A stretch of DNA of 26,173 nucleotides from a virus (lineage: Duplodnaviria; Caudoviricetes), in the IMG/VR virus record IMGVR_UViG_3300042507_002465, positions 1 through 26,173 of that record. One strand, written 5' to 3'. Below, in pieces: positions 24,479 to 26,173 of the stretch. The notes below the pieces were generated by a model. It did no database searches. It was not told where the DNA came from and saw nothing but the letters and a program-made list of their open reading frames with translations. The position numbers and the translations under genes were made by a program. Every line of letters starts with the position of its first letter. Within the stretch, counting starts at the first letter, position 1.

Positions 24479-25048
24479 TTATTTGTTATTGAGTTTTTTG
24501 ATTGCTGAAACAAAACCATTAAAAGTTTCTTCGTTTTTCTTTACTGACCCAAATGGTTTTTTTGTGGGTTCAGGTGTGGTGGCTGCGAACTTTTCAAACA
24601 CGCTGAAAGTTTCTTCAACTTTACCAAGGATGTTTACAAGTGCAGTTTCAAGGGTAGCGATTTTCGCTGCCAGTTCTTCGTTAGCGGCTCTCAAAGCATC
24701 GAACTGCTCCAATGATGCAAACTGATTTTCAACCTCAACCTCTGCAACTTCTGCTTCGGCTTCTTTGGTTTCAATCATTTCAACCACACCATCTTTGGTT
24801 GTAACCAAAAGACCAGTGGTAGTTTCATGCACTCCATCGGGAGCAGGAACAATACCTTCTTCGCCTTTAACGTTCAATAGCATTCCAGCGGCAAGTTCCT
24901 CACCTTCAAAAACCACGATAGTTCCGTCAACCAAAGTCAACTCACCAAACGCAGCAGGCACAGGTTCTTCGCTGAAACGCTGCTTTACCTCTGCCATGAA
25001 TGCGGCAAGAGATAACTTCATTTCGGCTAATTCTGATTTAAATTCCAT
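24479..25048 (-). CDS. Capsid scaffolding protein
   Basis: Acidic; 'L.DGT', 'PAPDG.H' and a C-terminal coiled coil; ATG 25048 follows the late motif. Confidence 0.7.
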   Translation of the reverse strand: MEFKSELAEMKLSLAAFMAEVKQRFSEEPVPAAFGELTLVDGTIVVFEGEELAAGMLLNVKGEEGIVPAPDGVHETTTGLLVTTKDGVVEMIETKEAEAEVAEVEVENQFASLEQFDALRAANEELAAKIATLETALVNILGKVEETFSVFEKFAATTPEPTKKPFGSVKKNEETFNGFVSAIKKLNNK

Positions 25049-25076
25049 ATATCTTAAAAGGTAGTTATGTTTTTGC

Positions 25077-26084
25077 CTATGCAAAATTTTTCAGCATGGC
25101 GGTAATTTCACGCATCATTTCCAGCACTTCGTCTTGTTCTTCCATGTCGAAAAGACCCTCAACTGAAAATCCTTTCCATTCGCCATCCTTAACTTTTGCC
25201 CAAATTTCCTCATTGTCTATTAAATAGGTCAGGAACCAGCTGCCATCCTTTGCATCTTCGTACCCGGTAGGTGGCATCACACCACGTTTGCGGTCAATGA
25301 AGTAGCTCTCAATCATGTGAACACCCTCTTTAACCGGATTGGCATGGTCGGTATTGACTGCTTTGTAGGCATCATTGCGGACAAACTTCTTTGCTATCTT
25401 CCAAATCGTGTCGGCATCAAATGTCACGTAGTATTCACCACGTATGTCATCGTAGCGGTAAATGGGTAAATCGGCTAACATTGCCGGGCCTGTCACAATC
25501 CGCTTTTCTTCCGACTGCACAGAGTATGCCTGTCTCATGTCTATTTGTTGCAATTTGCGACTTGCCCATTCGATGCCTTCGTCACCACCCCAAGCCAACC
25601 ACATCAGGCGGCCACATCCGTCACCTAATTCCTTGTCGCTGTTTTGCCTGTGCCTTTCAAACCCTGCCATCCTTGCAATGGTGTCACGAGTAATGGCTTC
25701 ACCGTTAGCTAACTGATTAGCCCTGATTTTACCCACCGCAGTTCCGCAGTCACCCCATCCGTTTTCTTCTGCCCAGCGCAAAGCAACCTTTGCATTTTCT
25801 TTGGCCGCTTCGGGATAGTCCGAGTAGCTTTCAAATTTCTGTCTGCTTTCCCATTTGCTGTAACACACGGCTGCGGCTTGTTCCTGTTCCATGCCTTCGC
25901 CAATCATTACCGGGATGCAACGGCTGATAAATTCATCTTCGGTTTCGTTTGCTGTCGGATCAACGAATTGCTCATTGAACAGCATGAAGTCTTTTTGTAT
26001 GGCTGGTCGGTCAACGAGAGAAACAAAGTCCACCCCTGTTTCGTCATCATCATTGACCACAATTTTGTACACTGGTAATTCCAT
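25077..26084 (-). CDS. XkdF-like prohead serine protease with internal inserted domains
   Basis: 'VSLVDRPAI', 'EEKRIVTGP', 'N.DH', 'GSW', 'W.KVK.GE.KGFSVEG'; ATG 26084 follows the late motif. Confidence 0.85.
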   Translation of the reverse strand: MELPVYKIVVNDDDETGVDFVSLVDRPAIQKDFMLFNEQFVDPTANETEDEFISRCIPVMIGEGMEQEQAAAVCYSKWESRQKFESYSDYPEAAKENAKVALRWAEENGWGDCGTAVGKIRANQLANGEAITRDTIARMAGFERHRQNSDKELGDGCGRLMWLAWGGDEGIEWASRKLQQIDMRQAYSVQSEEKRIVTGPAMLADLPIYRYDDIRGEYYVTFDADTIWKIAKKFVRNDAYKAVNTDHANPVKEGVHMIESYFIDRKRGVMPPTGYEDAKDGSWFLTYLIDNEEIWAKVKDGEWKGFSVEGLFDMEEQDEVLEMMREITAMLKNFA

Positions 26085-26100
26085 ATCTTTAAAAGTAGGT

Positions 26101-26173
26101 TTAAACGACACTTGTATTTCTTAACCTGCGGACTCTTGTCTGCGTTTTGGTAATGTCACCCTCCAACACGTAC
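26101..26173 (-). CDS. C-terminus of the upstream gene, probably tape measure protein
   Basis: ...YVLEGDITKTQTRVRRLRNTSVV-stop resembles the 'YV.E.DI...Q' end of phage tape measure proteins; only 23 codons are visible. Confidence 0.5.
   Translation of the reverse strand, partial: YVLEGDITKTQTRVRRLRNTSVV

Noticed and set aside
1-26173. Integrase, att site, CI repressor or alternative genetic code
   Set aside because: No integrase, att site or CI repressor recognised. Genes tile densely under the standard code, so recoding is unnecessary. Lifestyle cannot be determined from this window.

Overview
The window is about 26 kb of a tailed dsDNA phage (siphovirus-like) whose host is most likely in Bacteroidota, judged from repeated TTG-N19-TAnnTTTG promoters and the scarcity of Shine-Dalgarno sequences. 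A divergent control region lies at about 8941-9051. Rightward from it run the early genes: replication initiator with iterons, DnaB helicase, C5 methyltransferase, DnaA domain-IV protein, SSB-like protein, Nmad1-like protein and Rad52/Sak annealase. Leftward runs one long chain of overlapping genes: HNH nuclease, sigma-like factor, three glycosyltransferases plus a methyltransferase, ParB-like protein, terminase and a frameshifted tail assembly chaperone. A second minus-strand block (26173 down to 16433) holds the tape measure C-terminus, XkdF-like protease, scaffold, capsid, tail tube, portal, adaptors and lysis genes. The main signals are: (1) a possible three-tier transcription cascade, from host-sigma leaderless early promoters, to a perfect DnaA box plus a phage DnaA domain-IV protein, to a phage sigma factor with a six-copy CTACTTTTAWAG late motif; (2) a c4/CI-like antisense RNA architecture; (3) a glycosylation cassette inside the packaging operon; (4) a tRNA-like element; (5) several small ORFs missed by the ORF track. 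All product calls come from motif recognition by eye; no database searches were run.
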